Part shown: one piece after another, positions 20,632 to 31,852 of the stretch
How positions within the stretch are numbered: the stretch's first letter is position 1
How the letters are laid out: each line of letters begins with the position of its first letter
From: an uncultured archaeon
GTDB taxonomy: Archaea > Thermoproteota > Bathyarchaeia > Bathyarchaeales > Bathycorpusculaceae
Assembly: GCA_963782915.1 (NCBI GenBank)
Contig: CAWALK010000001.1
Location: forward strand, 171,733-235,732
Direction of reading: 5' to 3'
Length of the DNA stretch: 64,000 nucleotides
Made by a program: the position numbers and the translations under genes
The notes under the pieces: generated by a model
Database searches by the model: none
Seen by the model: only the letters and a program-made list of their open reading frames with translations
What the model was told of the DNA's origin: nothing

Positions 20632-21631
20632 TTATTTGACTATATTCTGCGGTTTACCATCAACAAAGGCTTTAATGTTCTCCAACGTCACCTCGACAAG
20701 CCTGTGCAGCGACTCCTGACTACTAAACGCACAATGCGGCGTAATAATTACATTCTTCAACCGCAACAGAATATGCGACCGCAACATCGTCGCCAACCTC
20801 TCCCGTGGCACATTATCCAAAAGCAACTGAGCCTCCTCCCGAATCAAGGCTTCCTCCTCCAAAACATCCAACCCCGCACCCCTGAGCCGCCCATTCATCA
20901 ACGCCTCCGTCAACGCCTGAGAATCAATCAAGCCACCCCGCGCAGTATTAATGACGACAGCGCCCTGCTTCATAGAAGCGATAGTGTCTCTATTGAGGAA
21001 ATGAAATGTCTCATCAGTCAATGGCAAATGAAGGGACACTATATCTGATTGCTTTAGCAATTCCTGCCAATCGACGTATTGGAACCCTAATGTTTCAGCT
21101 GATTTTTTGTTTGGGTACTTATCGTATGCTATCACCTTCATTTTGAAGCCTTTTGCGATCTCTATTACTTTGGTGCCGATGCGTCCAGTGCCTAAGACGC
21201 CTAAGGTTTTGCCGTTTAAGTCAAAGCCGCTGACATCTTCACAGGTGAAGTCGCCTTGGCGAGTGCGCTCGTAGGAGTCATGGATGCCTCTTGAGAAGGA
21301 AAGAATCAATGCGAAAGTATGTTCAGCGACAGCTGGTTTCTCCGTAAACTGGCACGTTGCATACGGTGATATCGTGCTCTTTGCATGCGGCTATGTCGAT
21401 GTGGTCGTATCCTGTGGAGCGTGTGGTTATCAAGCGGGCTTTGGCAAGCTGGTTTATGAGTTGCCCATTGAGGTTTGAGTAGATGGAGACTGAAATTACG
21501 TCTGCATCGAGTGCTTGGGCGATGTTGCGTTCGTCAAGTGGTTCAGTAAACAGATGGACCTCAAAACCTTCTAGGTCGCCTAGCAAGTAGGGTTGTTCCC
21601 AGTCTTGGACTTCAAAAAAAGCTGCCTTCAA
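20632..21631 (-). CDS. D-2-hydroxyacid (D-lactate-type) dehydrogenase, frameshift near 21330
   Basis: RSTGYDHID, GTGRIG, INTARG, LDVLEEE and TPHCAF motifs. Confidence 0.92.
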
Positions 21632-21849
21632 AAACTTCAACCTCAGAAACACTAGGATAATCAATGATATTTCAGTAAGTTAAGGAATTTGGCGAGAAAC
21701 CATTTTCGCTGGGCTGTGGCAGATTAAAAGTCGTTTGGCTTATTCAAGACCATATTGTTTGCTAGCCAGACGTATTATCGTACCATCGCATGTGTATATT
21801 TATAAATACAACTTGGTCGAATCAGGAGCAAAAGGTTGGTATCCGCCTC

Positions 21850-23874
21850 GTGTCAAAATCAAATAATCTAATTTATATTTCACTCGTTTTAGTGCTGGTT
21901 CTTTCAGTTGCCTCAGCAGCATTCTTCGCCCCAAAAATCAACAATACCCAAGATAACTACAAAGAAGCAATTGTTACTGCCCGAACCGAAATGTGGCAGA
22001 GTATAAACTCTGGGCAAATCGGCAGCGGCGCAATTGCCATAATGGACAACGGAAAAATCGTGTATTCTGAAGGCTTCGGCATGGCTGACAGGGAAAACAG
22101 CACCCCAGTGACCTCCAACACACTATTTAACATCGGCTCAATCAGCAAAACTTTCTGCGCCACAGCCATCATGGTTTTGGTGGATGACGGCAAAGTCAAA
22201 CTTGACGATAACGTTACCAATTATTTGCCGGATTTCACGATGGCAGACCCCAGATACAAGGATATCACCGTTAGAATGCTATTAGACCACACCAGCGGGC
22301 TACCGGGCACTACCTGGTCAAACAGCATCGGATACGAATACAACGTTAACTATTACCAAGAGGTTCTTTCCAGCCTGTCTCAAGCGCATCTAAAAGCTGC
22401 ACCAGGAGAAGCGGCACCCTACACCAACGACGCCTTCACATTAGCAGAGATGATTGTTGCCAGAGTTAGCGGCGAGAGCTACATCGATTTCCTTTCACAA
22501 CGAGTCTTCCAGCCTCTTTCACTTGACTATACGGGTCTTAGCGTCGGCGAACAAACCAGCCACACCATAGCCCAATACTACTCATCCAGTAGCGGATTAA
22601 AGGACCAGCCGCAGGTCGTCTCGATATTAGGCGCTGGCGGATTAGCCTCCACACCAAACGACTTAGTCCGGTTCGCTGATTCCTTCTCCAGCGGCGGACA
22701 ACACATACTTTCTCAAGCCTCCCTAGATGAGATGATGAAAGCTCAGCCCTCAGCCTTCGCAGTTCGCGCTATGAGCCAAATTGGGGTTAACCCTGAATGG
22801 CAGTATGGACTCGGCTTGGATTTCGCTGGACTTCCAGTTTATCATCAAATTGGCATAGACGTGTTCGGAAAAGGAGGCGACGTTGAGGATTACCATGGAA
22901 GCTTAATTTCATCTTCCAACCAACGGCTTTCTGTGGCTGTGCTCGTATCGGGACTCATGAATAAAGGAACCGACATCGCTTTCCACGTTTTTGACGCTGT
23001 CCTACAGGAGAAAGGGCTAATGCAAAAACCAGATGTGCCTATCGCTACTCCATCAACCGAACCAATTCCGGCACAATACGCCTCGTTTGAAGGGTACTAT
23101 TCCCCCAAATACCAGTTTTCATTTGACTTCACCGCAAATGTCTGCTTCATGTCATCCCTTGGCACCACCGGAACATGGAGTGCACCCTATCCACTTGCTT
23201 ACCGAGACGGCTACTTCGACGCTGGAACTACACACATCTCATTTGCAACAGTGGATGGGCAAAACTACATGTTAATGTCCGTGGACTGCAACACCGCATA
23301 CATCGTTGGAGGACAACAACTAAAACAGTTGGATAACCCTTTGAGCCTAGGAGTTGACATCAACGGCGCGGTGTGGCTTAGGCGAAACGTTGCACCCTAC
23401 GAAGCAGTAACGACCCTTGCTCCCCCATACATTGTTGTTTCCGCAACCACCGATGGATTGCCCGGTTATGTGGGTTTCAACGGCATCAAAGTGGTCGACT
23501 CTTTGGATCACGCAGGCATGCCGGCAGGCACGGTCCGAGACCAAACAGAACTGACGCTACTTAATCGGGATGGGCAAGTTTGGGTACAAGCCTCCGACGC
23601 TATCTATAGCCCAATCTCCGACGCCAAACTATTGAACAAAGGAACAAACTCCGTCACTATCGGCAGCGAAGGATACAACGAATGGTTCGTAGCCACAAGC
23701 GGTGCAGTTTTGAGCTTTCAAGTGCCCGCAAAGGACAAAGCAACTGTTTTTGCGCCAGACGGTTCACCTTTCTATGATAGTGCAACATTCACTGGCGAGG
23801 TGTATGTGCCGCAGGGTTGCTTTGTAATGCTAGCGGGGCAACCGGGAGACGTTTTGGGTGTATCCTCAAAATGA
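21850..23874 (+). CDS. Secreted serine hydrolase, beta-lactamase/PBP class C family, with C-terminal extension
   Basis: SISK (SxxK), LLDHTSGL, YTN and GAGGL motifs. Confidence 0.9.
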   Translation: MSKSNNLIYISLVLVLVLSVASAAFFAPKINNTQDNYKEAIVTARTEMWQSINSGQIGSGAIAIMDNGKIVYSEGFGMADRENSTPVTSNTLFNIGSISKTFCATAIMVLVDDGKVKLDDNVTNYLPDFTMADPRYKDITVRMLLDHTSGLPGTTWSNSIGYEYNVNYYQEVLSSLSQAHLKAAPGEAAPYTNDAFTLAEMIVARVSGESYIDFLSQRVFQPLSLDYTGLSVGEQTSHTIAQYYSSSSGLKDQPQVVSILGAGGLASTPNDLVRFADSFSSGGQHILSQASLDEMMKAQPSAFAVRAMSQIGVNPEWQYGLGLDFAGLPVYHQIGIDVFGKGGDVEDYHGSLISSSNQRLSVAVLVSGLMNKGTDIAFHVFDAVLQEKGLMQKPDVPIATPSTEPIPAQYASFEGYYSPKYQFSFDFTANVCFMSSLGTTGTWSAPYPLAYRDGYFDAGTTHISFATVDGQNYMLMSVDCNTAYIVGGQQLKQLDNPLSLGVDINGAVWLRRNVAPYEAVTTLAPPYIVVSATTDGLPGYVGFNGIKVVDSLDHAGMPAGTVRDQTELTLLNRDGQVWVQASDAIYSPISDAKLLNKGTNSVTIGSEGYNEWFVATSGAVLSFQVPAKDKATVFAPDGSPFYDSATFTGEVYVPQGCFVMLAGQPGDVLGVSSK

Positions 23875-23994
23875 GGTCTTGACCGCAAACGCCCTTAATA
23901 TCTTAAACGAAATAGTGGTGAGCACTTACAAGCTCACCTCACTATCAAGCCCTGAATTAAAAACCTCTTTTTATAAAATTAAATGAAGAATTCG

Positions 23995-24071
23995 TGGGGC
24001 CGGGGCCGAGATTTGAACTCGGGCGAAAGGCTCCACAGGCCTCTATGCTGCCAAGCTACACCACCCCGGCC
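23995..24071 (-). tRNA. tRNA-His(GTG) with encoded G-1 and CCA
   Basis: G-GCCGGGG...GAGGC CT GTG GA GCCTT...GTTCAAATC...CCCCGGC C CCA cloverleaf. Confidence 0.96.
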
Positions 24072-24365
24072 GCTCTATCTGCTTGCCTGCGTTTTTCGGT
24101 CGCCTTTTTCGTGTAGCGCTATGATTGAGTGACAAACCCCTTATTTTCGCTTTCGGAAAATTTCTTCGATAACTCATCAAAAATGGCGTCAGCCGCTCAA
24201 TTTGTTCTCCCTTGACGGTTAACTCCTTAAAAGTAGCTTCGGTTGCTGCATTAATCTGAGTGTAATTGCGTGTTTTGAGCTTTGTCTAAAATGTTTGTTA
24301 CACACGCAGAGCTATCCCAACCAAACACTCTCTTTTAAGAAAAACAATGCTTGAGTTGAAAAACA

Positions 24366-24566
24366 ATGGCTGGCAAAATCAAACAAATGTTAGATAAACT
24401 CATCGAAACAAGGAGCAAAGGAATCCCCACTCTGGTAAACACCACCAAAGCAAAACTGCAACTAAAAGGCATCGACTACCGAGCTTACACCGCAACCTCA
24501 CCCGACGACCCAGCGATGATAAACAAAATAATTGAAGTAGCCAAAGAAATGGGTATCACCATATAG
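24366..24566 (+). CDS. Small protein preceding the FIST gene
   Basis: 66-aa ORF, 13 nt before FIST, GGAG SD overlapping its stop. Confidence 0.8.
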   Translation: MAGKIKQMLDKLIETRSKGIPTLVNTTKAKLQLKGIDYRAYTATSPDDPAMINKIIEVAKEMGITI

Positions 24567-24579
24567 GAGAAACAAAAAC

Positions 24580-25683
24580 ATGACAGCAAAAACAGCATAC
24601 TCCATTAAAGAGAACATAACACAAAATATCCAAGAAATCAGCACTCAACTTGGCACATCTGCCCCCACATTGCTGCTTTTCTTTGCCTCAACAAAATATG
24701 ACTTAGCCAAATTGGGGCAAGAACTCCAAAAAACCTATCCCAAAACAAAAATCCTCGGATGCTCCACCGCCGGCGAGTTAGTTACGGGCAAAATGCTCAA
24801 GAACTCCGTCGTTGCTATGGCTTTCGACAAAGACTCCATATCCGACCTCGATGTAGCGGTTGCTGAAAACATAAAAACAGAAAACAACCTTAAAGCCGCT
24901 TTTAGCCAATTCGAAAAGCACTATAAACAAAAAATTAGCAGCCTAAACATCGACCAATACGTCGGCATAATCCTCATCGACGGCTTAAGTGGCCAAGAAG
25001 AAAAAGTCATGGATACCATTGGCAACTTGACAGATATCACTTTTATCGGGGGCTCAGCTGGTGACGACTTGAAATTCAAGTCTACTCAAATCTATGCAAA
25101 CGGAGCAGTCCACAGCAACGCAGCAGTCTTAGCGCTTCTAAAACCAACAAAAGGTTATGATATCATTAAAACTCAAAGCTTCAAAGCTCTTCCTAAGAAA
25201 CTCGTCGCCAGCAAAGTAGATGAAGCCAAACGTGAAGTTCTCTGCTTTAACCAAATGCCCGCAGTTGAAGCTTACGCAAAAGCCACCAAAACCACCCCTG
25301 CAACCGTACAAACAGTGTTCATGAAAAACCCAGTTGGATTAATGGTTAACGGTGAACCATACGTTCGCAGTCCTCAACAAATCAAAGGCGACAGTATAGT
25401 GTTCTACTGTAACATCAAAGAGGGCACCGAATTAACATTGCTTGAATCCACCGATATCATCGCTGACACACAGAAGGATCTAAAACAAAAGATTGCAACC
25501 GAGAAACCGGCAGGTATTATCAACTTCCACTGTATACTGCGCACTCTTGAGCTTGAAGAGAAAAAACAAACGGAAGCTTACGGAAAAATATTCGCTGATC
25601 TTCCAACCGTTGGCTTTAGCACCTATGGCGAACAGTATCTGGGCCACATAAACCAAACCTCAACCATACTTATCATAAAATAG
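24580..25683 (+). CDS. Stand-alone FIST (FIST_N + FIST_C) sensory protein
   Basis: GCSTAGE, DGLS, GGSAGD, CILR and GFSTYGEQ...HINQT motifs. Confidence 0.92.
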   Translation: MTAKTAYSIKENITQNIQEISTQLGTSAPTLLLFFASTKYDLAKLGQELQKTYPKTKILGCSTAGELVTGKMLKNSVVAMAFDKDSISDLDVAVAENIKTENNLKAAFSQFEKHYKQKISSLNIDQYVGIILIDGLSGQEEKVMDTIGNLTDITFIGGSAGDDLKFKSTQIYANGAVHSNAAVLALLKPTKGYDIIKTQSFKALPKKLVASKVDEAKREVLCFNQMPAVEAYAKATKTTPATVQTVFMKNPVGLMVNGEPYVRSPQQIKGDSIVFYCNIKEGTELTLLESTDIIADTQKDLKQKIATEKPAGIINFHCILRTLELEEKKQTEAYGKIFADLPTVGFSTYGEQYLGHINQTSTILIIK

Positions 25684-25873
25684 CCCTTTTTCTTCCGTCA
25701 TTTCTTTTTTTTCTGCTTCTTAACTTAATAAAACTGCTGAAGTGCTCTGAGACGTCTTTGTTTGCTAAAGTAGTTAAGTAGTTAACCCCTCTTTTGGCAT
25801 ATGTATTTATACCGAAAAGCGTTCAATTTGGGAATTAGTTTATTAACGAAAAGCGCCAAGCGGTTAAGCTAAC

Positions 25874-27045
25874 ATGCGACGTGCACCAACACAACTCTTC
25901 GGTCCAGTATGCAAAAACCCTGCTTTGCTCATGAGTTTTGGCAGAGGTGCCTATCGGCAATTCGTCAAATGCAAACTGGACTACGGCAAAGAGGATGGTA
26001 GCAGTTCTTCTCTTTGGCTTTTGAGTTTAAGGATTACTCATCGCTGTAATCACCGATGTGCAATCTGTGCGCAATGGGGCGAAAACGGTTACAACGCAAG
26101 AGGCGATACCCCAAAAGTTACCGGTGAAGTTCCCCCAGAGGTTTATCGTAGAGTTATCGATGAGGTGGCGCCAAAAAAAGTTCACGTTTACATAACCGGC
26201 GGGCGAACCCTTCCTTTACGAACCGCTTGTGCCCTTGGTTAATTATATGAAGGAGAAGGGGTTGACTGTTCAAATCGTTACCAACGGCGTCGGATTGGAA
26301 AAGAATGCCGAAACCATTGTCGATAATGGTTGGGATATGATTTGTGTCTCCTTTGATGGTCCCAAGGGAGGTTCATGATAAATGCCGAGGCGTTCAGGGT
26401 GCATTGGATGCTGCGATCAAAGGAATGTCTGAGATACAGCGGTTAAAGGCGCTCAAGAACAAGAAAAAACCAGCCCTCTTTGTGTTAACTACGATTTCTA
26501 AGAATAATCAGGATATGCTGCTTGAAACCGTTAAGGAAGCTGAGAAAATACAGCCTGACGGCATGATAGTGTACTATTCATGGTTCACTAAAGAATGGAT
26601 TGGGCAGAAGCACACTGAGATTGTGAATGAAAAACTGGGCGTAACACCCTTTGCATGGAAAGGCTATGTTCGGGATACCTCAACGTTGGATATTGACAGA
26701 ATCGCACAAGAGATACATGAAATTAAGTCTCAGAAATTCAAGATGCCCATCGTTTTTGTGCCTGACCTAAACCCTGAAGACATTCGAACATACTATACCC
26801 ACCCAGAAGACTTCTTCGGGTACAAAAAATGCATCTCCCCCTGGTTCCAACTCGACGTTATGCCAAACGGCGATACAGTTACCTGTCGTGATTTCCCAGA
26901 TTTCGTAACCGGAAACATTAAAGAATCAACCATCCAAGAAATATATAACGGCGAGAGGCACCGGCAATTCAGGCGGGCGCTGAGAAGCTGCGAAAATGGA
27001 GTTTTTCCGATATGTTCACGTTGCTGCGGATTAATGGGTTACTAA
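25874..27045 (+). CDS. Radical SAM protein with SPASM/twitch-like C-terminus, frameshifted
   Basis: CNHRCAIC, ITGGE, SFDG-like segment and CISPW...GDTVTC...GNI. Confidence 0.88.
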
Positions 27046-27100
27046 CGGATTCATATGCCAAGAATTCCTGTGGCGCTACGGTTAGCTGTAAATTTGGAAA

Positions 27101-27865
27101 ATGCTGGTGATTGGTATGGAACCCATTGATGTTGCTATCTTAACTTTGAATAGCGAACGTAAACTGCGGCAATGCCTAAACTCGGTTTACGCTTATGTGC
27201 CGGTTAAACGGTTACTTGTCGTCGATGGTTTCTCATCCGATGGCACGTTAGCTATTTTTGGGGAGTTCCAAGCGAAATACGGCAATGTCGTCATTGTTCA
27301 AGAGAAGGGAACTCGCGGTAGCGCAAGACAAACCGCCATTGAGATGGTGCAGACGGAATGGTTCCTGTTCGTAGACAGCGATGTTGTGCTCTGCAAGGAC
27401 TGGTTTACCCAAGCCGAAAAGCTATTGCGGGATGATGTGGGTGCGGTTTGGGGTATTGAAATCTGGTCCGTTCTAAGGAACTCCAAGATTCTTCCGATTT
27501 TTGAAAGAATGACGCTGAAGATTTTTGAGAAACGCGGCGGAACCCATGATTTGCTGGTTAGGCACAAATCAGTTGATGGCATCAAGATACCTTTTAAGTT
27601 GCACACATACGAGGATGGATACATTAAAAATTGGATTGAGCATAACGGCTACAAAGTGCTAGGCGTTTACGAGCCTTACTGTATGCATTATCGCCCCGAA
27701 AGCACCTGGAATGTACAGACAAACATAGGCTTCATGGTAAGCGACCTCAAGTATGCTATCCGGCGTCCAATGCTTCTGCTCTCTTATGCGTTCTATTCGG
27801 GGATTGTTGTGGTGCAGATTTTTATGAATAAGCAAAAGCAAAACCGAACGAAAAGAGTCAGATAA
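27101..27865 (+). CDS. Glycosyltransferase family 2
   Basis: VVDGFSSDGT, FVDSD and YED motifs. Confidence 0.9.
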   Translation: MLVIGMEPIDVAILTLNSERKLRQCLNSVYAYVPVKRLLVVDGFSSDGTLAIFGEFQAKYGNVVIVQEKGTRGSARQTAIEMVQTEWFLFVDSDVVLCKDWFTQAEKLLRDDVGAVWGIEIWSVLRNSKILPIFERMTLKIFEKRGGTHDLLVRHKSVDGIKIPFKLHTYEDGYIKNWIEHNGYKVLGVYEPYCMHYRPESTWNVQTNIGFMVSDLKYAIRRPMLLLSYAFYSGIVVVQIFMNKQKQNRTKRVR

Positions 27866-27898
27866 ACCCAGTTAGCATCACCTGTGAAAAGGCGCTGT

Positions 27899-27931
27899 TG
27901 CTCTTGGTGACTCCCCTCCCCTTATTTAAAG
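27899..27931 (+). repeat. Dispersed motif family B (TGCTCT-N7..10-CCCC(T)CCC(C)TTATTTA)
   Basis: Similar motifs on the minus strand at 44895-44928 and 53933-53967; variant at 14939-14970. Confidence 0.55.
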
Positions 27932-27960
27932 CAGCGAATTCTTTTTTGCTAAAGGCTTAA

Positions 27961-28890
27961 GTGCTGACATGGCAGTGTAGCTTCATCGGTGTGCACTTGG
28001 ATAAAAACGACGTAATACTCTGCCAGCTCCTGCTTGCAAACTCCAGAACCTCCTATAGGGAACTAGCCGAAAAACTGGATTTATCGATAACCGCAGTGCA
28101 CAACCGTATCCAATCGATGACTGAGGCAGGTATAATTCGCCGATACAACACAACCATTAGCTTAATTGCCAAACCCGCCATCCACATCTTAATCTACGGA
28201 ACCTCAAAAACCACCTCCGTTAACACTATAAAACCTAAATTAGCTGCACAGGGCTCAATCTACTGGTTAGCCGTTGCAGGCGGAAACATTCTCTACATAG
28301 GCGCTTATCTACGAGATATTGCCGAGTTAGATGATTTAGTGAGTTTTGTTAGACAAACTGCTGAGATGCCTGAACCAACCGTGGGCATAACAACCTCGCC
28401 CATACCCCCTGGCATGAAAACGATGATTGTTAAAACAAAACTTTCCGACTTAGACTACAAAATACTTAGGGCACTAAAAGATGACTCACGCAAAGCCACC
28501 TCAGACATCGCCCAAGAAGTCGGAGTCTCAGCCAAAACAGTCAGCCACAGACTCGCCTACATGACCAAAAACTATCTAGTACAGTTCTCAATCGATTGGT
28601 ACCCTGACGCTTCCAACGATATCTTGAGCGTATTCCACGTTAACCTAAAAAGTGACGCCAACCCCAACTCAGTTAACCAAATTTTACAGAACCACTACCC
28701 CAATACCCTCTTCTACTGGGGCTTCAGCAACCTCCCAAACAGTTACTTCTTCATGGTTTGGACCCCAACAAGCAAAGAACTAAAAGACGTCCGAGAAAAA
28801 ATCGAGCAGGACCCAGCCGTCCAATTCGTTTCACCCAACGTCGTCTACACAGGCTACATATTTCCGACCTGGCGAGACCAAATACCCTAA
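27961..28890 (+). CDS. Tandem Lrp/AsnC regulator (two HTH-RAM units)
   Basis: Two HTHs: NSRTSYRELAEKLDLS and DSRKATSDIAQEVGVS. Confidence 0.88.
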   Translation: MLTWQCSFIGVHLDKNDVILCQLLLANSRTSYRELAEKLDLSITAVHNRIQSMTEAGIIRRYNTTISLIAKPAIHILIYGTSKTTSVNTIKPKLAAQGSIYWLAVAGGNILYIGAYLRDIAELDDLVSFVRQTAEMPEPTVGITTSPIPPGMKTMIVKTKLSDLDYKILRALKDDSRKATSDIAQEVGVSAKTVSHRLAYMTKNYLVQFSIDWYPDASNDILSVFHVNLKSDANPNSVNQILQNHYPNTLFYWGFSNLPNSYFFMVWTPTSKELKDVREKIEQDPAVQFVSPNVVYTGYIFPTWRDQIP

Positions 28891-28926
28891 GAGCCCTTAG
28901 CAGCGCCGAAAAAATCCAGTAAAAAG

Positions 28927-29607
28927 TTATGGCGTTATGTACTCTATTGCTATGTTGCCGTTTCCGGACATAAGCGCCAAGGTGAGGTTGCCTTCTCCAT
29001 CGGAGGTAGCGCCCTTGAGTCGGGTTGTTGTTTCAGTATCTGCGTCTAATGGGATTCCTTGATGGGTAATGTTCCCGTTCACGGTTGTGGCGGTTACTTG
29101 GAAGAGCGTGTTCTGTGTTAAGCCGATATTAACGTTACCGTTGCCGGTTATGGCGTTTATTTCGTTGCTGTTGCTGCCTTGGGTATCTATGTTGCCGTTG
29201 GTGGTGGTGAGGGTCAAATTGTATTTGCTATTGTTTGGCAGGTTGACTATGAGGCTTGCCTTATAATTTACGCCTTGATTGATTTGAAGAGCAGCGCTGG
29301 TTACTATGGTCGTTACGTTGTCGCTTTTGGTCTCGTTTGTAGAAGTTTTAATATCCTTCAGGTATCCATAGGGCGCTGTAACATTATACATGACTTCGAT
29401 TTGGCTGCCCGTTGTTGAATGGATTTCTATGTCACCGTTAAAAGTGGCTGCTTGAATCACAACGTTTTCCTTGGGGGTATACGTTGTTTTGTCTTCTCGG
29501 TGTTCCATAGGCGCCATAGCGTTTTGTATGACTGCGAAGGCGCAGACTGTTAGTATCGCTGATATCAGAACTAATGCAAGTATGATGCTTTTGGTTGATT
29601 TCTTCAC
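28927..29607 (-). CDS. DUF4097-type beta-strand repeat (adhesin-like) protein
   Basis: Repeated T-x-NG-N/D-I motifs; N-terminal TM. Confidence 0.8.
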   Translation of the reverse strand: MKKSTKSIILALVLISAILTVCAFAVIQNAMAPMEHREDKTTYTPKENVVIQAATFNGDIEIHSTTGSQIEVMYNVTAPYGYLKDIKTSTNETKSDNVTTIVTSAALQINQGVNYKASLIVNLPNNSKYNLTLTTTNGNIDTQGSNSNEINAITGNGNVNIGLTQNTLFQVTATTVNGNITHQGIPLDADTETTTRLKGATSDGEGNLTLALMSGNGNIAIEYITP

Positions 29608-29873
29608 TTAATTCTTCCTAAGGTGTTCTGTTTAGCTCTTTGAACGGTTTGGCTGTTTTAAAATCTTCCCTATAAACCGCCGTACATGTCCATTTTTTAA
29701 CCTTCAGTAGTTGAAAAGGGAACTTTTCTGTTGACTATGTGCCGTTTTGTTTACTTAGCGGTAAACGTGAAACTAAATTCCTAAACGCCTTTCGCTATTG
29801 AGGTACGTAACAATGTTTCGTGGTTACTTAAATGAAAAATCAAATCTAACAAGTACTCAAGAGAGGAAGAAAA

Positions 29874-30620
29874 TTGACTGAACCAGCCATAAAAATTAGC
29901 AACCTTACCAAAAAATTCGAGGACAAACTAGCACTCGACGACCTAACACTTGAAATCCAAAAAGGTGAACTCTTTGGGTTACTGGGACCCAACGGCGCAG
30001 GCAAAACCACCGCCATAAGCATACTCTGCGGACTCATAAAGCCCACAAGCGGAACAGCCCAAATCAACGGTTGTGACGTACAAAAAGATGTGCAGAAGGT
30101 TAAGGAGCAAATCGGCGTTTGCATCCAAGAAACCGCAATTTACCCATACCTAAACGGCAAAGAAAACCTAGAGTTATTCGGCAAACTCTACGGCATGGAC
30201 GCTAAGGCAATCAAAGAAAGAAGCAAACTATTGTTAACCAAAGTAGGGCTCACTGAAGATGCAAAGAGATTAACATCAAAATATAGCGGCGGCATGAAGC
30301 GCCGATTAAGCTTAGCCCTTGCGCTGATCCATGACCCGCAAATCGCCTTTTTGGATGAACCCACCGTTGCATTGGATCCGCAGTCTCGCCATGCAGTTTG
30401 GGACCTTATAAAAGAACAGAAAACCCGCGGCAAAACCATCATTCTCACAACCCATCACATGGAGGAAGCAGAGGAACTCTGCGACCGAGTCGGCATAATC
30501 GACCACGGAAAACTCATCGCTTTGGGCACCCCTAAAGAACTCATCGCTAAAAACCACGTCAAAAACCTTGAAGAAGTCTTCATCCAGTTGACCGGTAGAA
30601 ACATGCGGGAGGAACTCTAA
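29874..30620 (+). CDS. ABC-2 exporter ATP-binding subunit
   Basis: GPNGAGKT, YSGGMKRR and LDEPT motifs. Confidence 0.96.
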   Translation: MTEPAIKISNLTKKFEDKLALDDLTLEIQKGELFGLLGPNGAGKTTAISILCGLIKPTSGTAQINGCDVQKDVQKVKEQIGVCIQETAIYPYLNGKENLELFGKLYGMDAKAIKERSKLLLTKVGLTEDAKRLTSKYSGGMKRRLSLALALIHDPQIAFLDEPTVALDPQSRHAVWDLIKEQKTRGKTIILTTHHMEEAEELCDRVGIIDHGKLIALGTPKELIAKNHVKNLEEVFIQLTGRNMREEL

Positions 30621-31775
30621 TGAACATTCAAAGAGTCTTCGCATTAACCAAGAAAGAACTCAAAAAAACTGTTCGAGAACCCGCAGCTTTGTTCATGATT
30701 TTCCTGTTCCCAGTAGTGTTTGTGCTTGCGTTTGGCTTATCCTTTGGCGGCGTCGGCGGCGGTACACCGGCGAATTATCAGGTTGGCGTCGTCAACCTTG
30801 ACGGGGGCAATCAGCAGTGGTCTACTGTTTTCATCGATAATTTGTCAGGAACACAAATAGTAACCATCAGCACCTACACTGACAACGCTACAGCGCAGGC
30901 TGATTTAAGCCAAGGCAAAATGCAGGCATTAATCCTGGTTCCCAGCAGTCTTTAGTGACAGCATAAACAGTTACACCGCTTCACCCGCTGATGGAAGCCA
31001 ATGGACTAACAGCACAATTCAAGTGTACTTAGACAAAGGCTCGTTGATTGCAACACAAGCGGTTCCGCCAATCATCCAGCAAGTACTCTCAGGAATAGTT
31101 AACCAAAACCAGCAAGCACCCCAAAGCCCAATACAGCTACAAACCGCCTCGCTCGAAGTAAAACAGACATCAACCTTCGACTACTTTGCACCCGGCATGT
31201 TCACGTTTGCATCGATCTTCATGATAATGATAGTTGCCCAATCTTTCGCTACCGACAGAGAAAACGGAATGATGAAACGCATCCGCATAACCCCAATTAC
31301 ACCCTCAGAGTTCATGACAGCCCAAGTTGCTTCTTACTTAGTAATCGCCATAATCCAATCCATAATAATGTTCGCAATGACCTATGGTTTAGGCTTTAAA
31401 CCAAACATTGGCATACCCGACTATGCATTCGCCTTCATACTGGTACTGGTATTCTCGCTATCCAACATAGGTTTTGGCTTAATCACTGCTACAATCGCAA
31501 AATCTTCAGGTGCCGCCACAGGGTTGAGTTTCCTGTTTCTGCTGCCTCAAATGTTCCTCGGTACATTTGTCGGTGCATCACTATCCGGTGCAGCACAGGT
31601 CGCTGGTAAAGCGGTTCCAAGCTACTACGTCACAGACGCCCTCACATCAGTGTTCCTCCGAGGCGCAAGCTTAGCAAGCGTAACGGTGCTATTGGATTTC
31701 GCAGTCGTATGCGCATCATGCATCGGCATCTTGGCAGTCGGCATAGTGCTCTACGCTAAATACTACAAAGTCTAA
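30620..31775 (+). CDS. ABC-2 exporter permease, frameshift near 30950
   Basis: KELKKTVRE, VVNLD and DRENGMMKRIRITP; two ORFs. Confidence 0.9.
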
Positions 31776-31852
31776 ACCCACCCCTTTTTCTTCTTTTTTT
31801 GTGATTATCTTTAAGGGCACCTTTTTTCATATCCTTGGACGGCTGATTAGAT

